A stretch of DNA of 64,000 bases, taken from the NCBI GenBank assembly GCA_030704615.1, contig CM060731.1, forward strand, positions 19,158,001 to 19,222,000, written 5' to 3'. The stretch comes from Takakia lepidozioides (taxonomy: Eukaryota; Plantae; Bryophyta). Numbering within the stretch: the stretch's first letter is position 1; every line of letters starts with the position of its first letter. The position numbers were made by a program, and so were the translations under genes. This document shows positions 60,999-64,000 of this stretch, piece by piece. Below the pieces are notes generated by a model. The model was not told where the DNA came from. It searched no databases and worked only from the letters and a program-made list of their open reading frames with translations.

Positions 60999-61560
60999 TG
61001 AGGAGAAAAACATAATATGAGAGAATGGAGAGGGCACCAGTGACACCCCAAAGATATACATGAGGTTGAAGGGAGGGTGCGCCGCCCTGTGACAGACGTA
61101 GTAGCTATAGTGAATCTAATCCCTAAAATGTAAGGCACAAAACAAAGCTGACAAGGCTCACTACAGGATAAACAATAAAGACCAAACTGATAAGTCTACT
61201 CAGATACAGCTAATCTAACTAGTAAAGATAGTAAGCCTGGTTGTCCTCATTTACAACACCCTCTCTACAGTCAGGCACCAAAAACATCAGAGAGATGAGA
61301 TAAGGATCGAACACCAATAAAATGACGATGCTTCTCAAACAGTTGTCTGCCTACAGGTTTAGTAAAAATGTCTGCATATTGTTCGTCGCTGGCAACATGT
61401 TTGAGTTTCACCTCGCCTTCTAGTATTCGTTTTCTTATGAAGTGATGTTTCGCTTCTATGTGCTTGGTACGTGCATGAAAAACGGGATTGAGTGCCAATT
61501 TAATAGAACCTTGATTGTCGCAATTCAAGTGAAGATCTTGCAAGGTAGGAACGGAGGCCT
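60999..61560 (-). mobile_element. Ty1/Copia 3' fragment: RNase H, polypurine tract and ~260-bp 3' LTR (60999-61258)
   Basis: CDNQGSIKLALNPVFHARTKHIEAKHHFIR...QYADIFTKP, followed on the minus strand by AGAGAGGG|TGTTG...CA. Confidence 0.88.
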
Positions 61561-61569
61561 TGGAGAGAA

Positions 61570-61672
61570 GTTAGCGCGTGAGCGCGCTCATGCTTAGCGG
61601 ACTAAGCGTGAGCAGACTTCGTTAAGCGTGAGCAGATTTCCTAAGCGTGAGCACATTTCTTAAGCATGAGCA
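61570..61672 (+). repeat. ~19-bp tandem repeat TAAGCGTGAGCA(G/C)A
   Basis: 4-5 visible copies. Confidence 0.8.
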
Positions 61673-62989
61673 TAGAATGAAAGCGGAGCCTATAGTCGTG
61701 GGAAAAGCAGAACCTATTGTCGTGGGGACAACGTTTAGGGTACCTGAGGGCAACATACGCAAGACACGAATGGAAATTTGAGAGTAGTGTGCGACGAAAT
61801 CCGCACGGATGAATGGGTATGTGGAATGGATGAATGTTGGATGACAAAATACGGATGAATGAACAATGGATGAGAGCAATAACATTTAGGGTGAAAGAAC
61901 TTGAACGATGTTGAATGAAGTAGGCCATCATCCACTGCTTCGAAGTGGTATGAATTTCCCTCACGTACCTTGGGTTCGAAACAATATACATGTCGTATAA
62001 ACAATGCCATTACTGAAGGTCCTTGTAAGACTGAAGTAAATTCAGAAAGCACGGTCGAAATTAGATTGGAGAAATTGTACAAAACATTGTCATTTAATTG
62101 GTCATGACGTGGGGTAGGAGATGGGTTCTCAGTCAAGAAAGTGTTGCCATCAAACAACATGAAGTTTTTTCCATGTAGAGACGACTTTGTCACGTGTCAC
62201 TGGACATGAACAGCAAGGGCATGCAGGGTACATTAGAGCACGGAGCGGCAGGGAGGGAGAGAGAGCGAGCGGCATGGAGGGCAAACATGGGAGGCCCGCA
62301 GTTGGTGCAACCTTCGCATCTGAAGCAAGTGAGAAACGCTAGGGTATGAGGAGGTGTCGGCTGAAAGCTCGCCGTATGGCCTCCTGATATTTAAGGGGTT
62401 GTGGTCTGGCCCCCAACAGATCTACACTTGCTGTTAAACTATCAAACTATTTATGGCACACCAAAGCTACCACTGATGCACAATATTACAAATACTCAAA
62501 TTTGAATACGCCCAATATATGGGTCCACCAACACAAACACATTTTCTGGCCACTTTGCTCACACACCCATCGGGTGCGTGACACCTGCCCCCACCTTCTC
62601 AGCCAATGTACCCACCATGTCATCCACAAACTACTCCCAATGTGTTTTTCCAGCTCACCATGCACCTGCCCCTCCATGCTGTGCCGGCCTGACATCTTGT
62701 TTGTCCAAGGCTTACCCATCAATGCCCCTCGTCCACTACTCCATCCCCCAACCTCACCATTTACTTCATTGAATTTACATACTGCCACGATTGTTACCCC
62801 GCTTCCTCCACCTTAGACAAAAAGGCAGAAATATGCACCGCTTAGCCTTGCAATTCGTCAACGAGGTTGGAACACCAGCCCACTATCTATCATCACGGCC
62901 GGAATTAGAGGTGACACTCATAACGCCAGTATATCACCACACTACACAAAAACTTTCATATCCCTATCCCCCTATCCACAAATGCTTAA

Positions 62990-63793
62990 CCCCTAACGGA
63001 CGACGCGACCCGATTCGGGTCGCGTCAGTTTACTTGCCACGCTCCAATTCCCATGGATGATATTGGATGGAAGTGAACCTTGAAGATGAATTGTACATGT
63101 CAGAGAGGAGCACATGTGGGAATTTACAATGCCAAAAAATCGTAAAAGCTCTGCTCACTAGAATTTTACAAAGTGCCAGGGTTTCATGAAATCCAGTGTT
63201 AGAGCACCATTGACATGCCTACGTGGCAGCCCAATGGGCAATCTTCAAGATAACATCTAGGGCTGAAAATTTATCATAATGCCAAATTTTTTGGACAAGA
63301 CACCATGAAATATTACCGTGCACTTACTTACCAGAGGAATTGGAAAACGAATGTCACCTCATGGGTGTACTTGTGAAAAAAGCCAAAACAAGATTTTTTA
63401 CCCCCCAGATTTCACATACAAAGCAACCCCCCCATATTTTTGGCATTTTGGTCTGAGATTCTGGGAGATGACCTGTTGGTTGCCCCTTATCCGGATTCTG
63501 GAGACCATTTCTTCAAGAAATAATGTAAAATCACCAAACTTGCATGGTCAAAGCAAATTTACCTCTCTTTTTTTGTTCATGGTTTCAACTTGTTCAATTT
63601 TCTTTTGTTAAAATCTACTAAATGGAACGGTAAAAAATGCTACAATTTTTTGAGGACCTTCATGTAGTAGGTAGGGATGAAATGGAATGGTTCATCCAGC
63701 TGGATGTAATGGGGTAGGAAGTTACAGCTCAGCAATGGAGGGTATGGCCCACTTTTTGGGAAAACTCCCAAAAATTAGCTTGTCATTTAGGGG
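62990..63793 (+). mobile_element. Non-autonomous piggyBac MITE (804 bp) with TTAA TSD
   Basis: TTAA|CCCCTAA...CGACCCG-ATT-CGGGTCG ... CTTGTCATTTAGGGG|TTAA. Both ends resemble those of the 37021-43835 piggyBac. Confidence 0.88.
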
Positions 63794-64000
63794 TTAAAGG
63801 TAATTCACCTCACGGCGCTTCGTTCCCTCACAGCTATTATTCACAATAAGCGGCAACTTGAATCCAACCCCTCTTTGGTACCCTAGATACCTCTGTCCCG
63901 TGGGCTACTCGGTGGGCGTTTACACACCTGATTTCCTTATAGGGCCCACCCCCGAAAGGAGGTAGTAGCTTGAGACGAAGTGGCTCTTAGTTACACCGGT

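Noticed and set aside
61735-62816. Short ORFs after the Copia RNase H as Copia RT or a host gene
   Set aside because: No RT motifs (YVDD) or other domain was recognised.
63860-64000. Structured RNA or LTR primer-binding site at the window end (CCCCGAAAGGAG, TGGTACC)
   Set aside because: Too short and truncated, with no tRNA, 5S, snRNA or ribozyme consensus.

Overview
Eukaryotic land-plant nuclear DNA (GT-AG introns, plant-type genes; the transposon content suggests a non-seed plant such as a bryophyte, which is inference). Host genes lie at both ends: a probable ITPK4-like 5' part (-), a 6-exon RlmH/SPOUT methyltransferase, a 7-exon DWARF27-like isomerase, an orphan gene, an intronless XRCC3 with a long insert, and an F-box pseudogene. 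The middle (~12-52 kb) is a nest of mostly degenerate transposons: a pogo-like element (TA TSD) holding a 7.8-kb MULE (9-bp TSD, long TIRs, TGTAACCC arrays); a ~25-kb element with a Sola/DUF7869-like DDD transposase; a complete 6.8-kb piggyBac (TTAA TSD) inserted in it; a SWIM/FCP1-like segment; and Copia and LINE remnants. The best candidate for a new system is the ~25-kb element. It has a divergent multi-exon gene with a ParB-like motif and a possible degenerate N6/N4-methyltransferase-like C-terminus. About 30-35 copies of the 16-bp palindrome ACGGGAGATCTCCCGT are confined to the element (parS-like or VANC-motif-like). One intron of that gene carries seven ~210-nt units, each with a long pre-miRNA-like hairpin whose arms covary. 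All calls were made by eye; no searches or folding were run.
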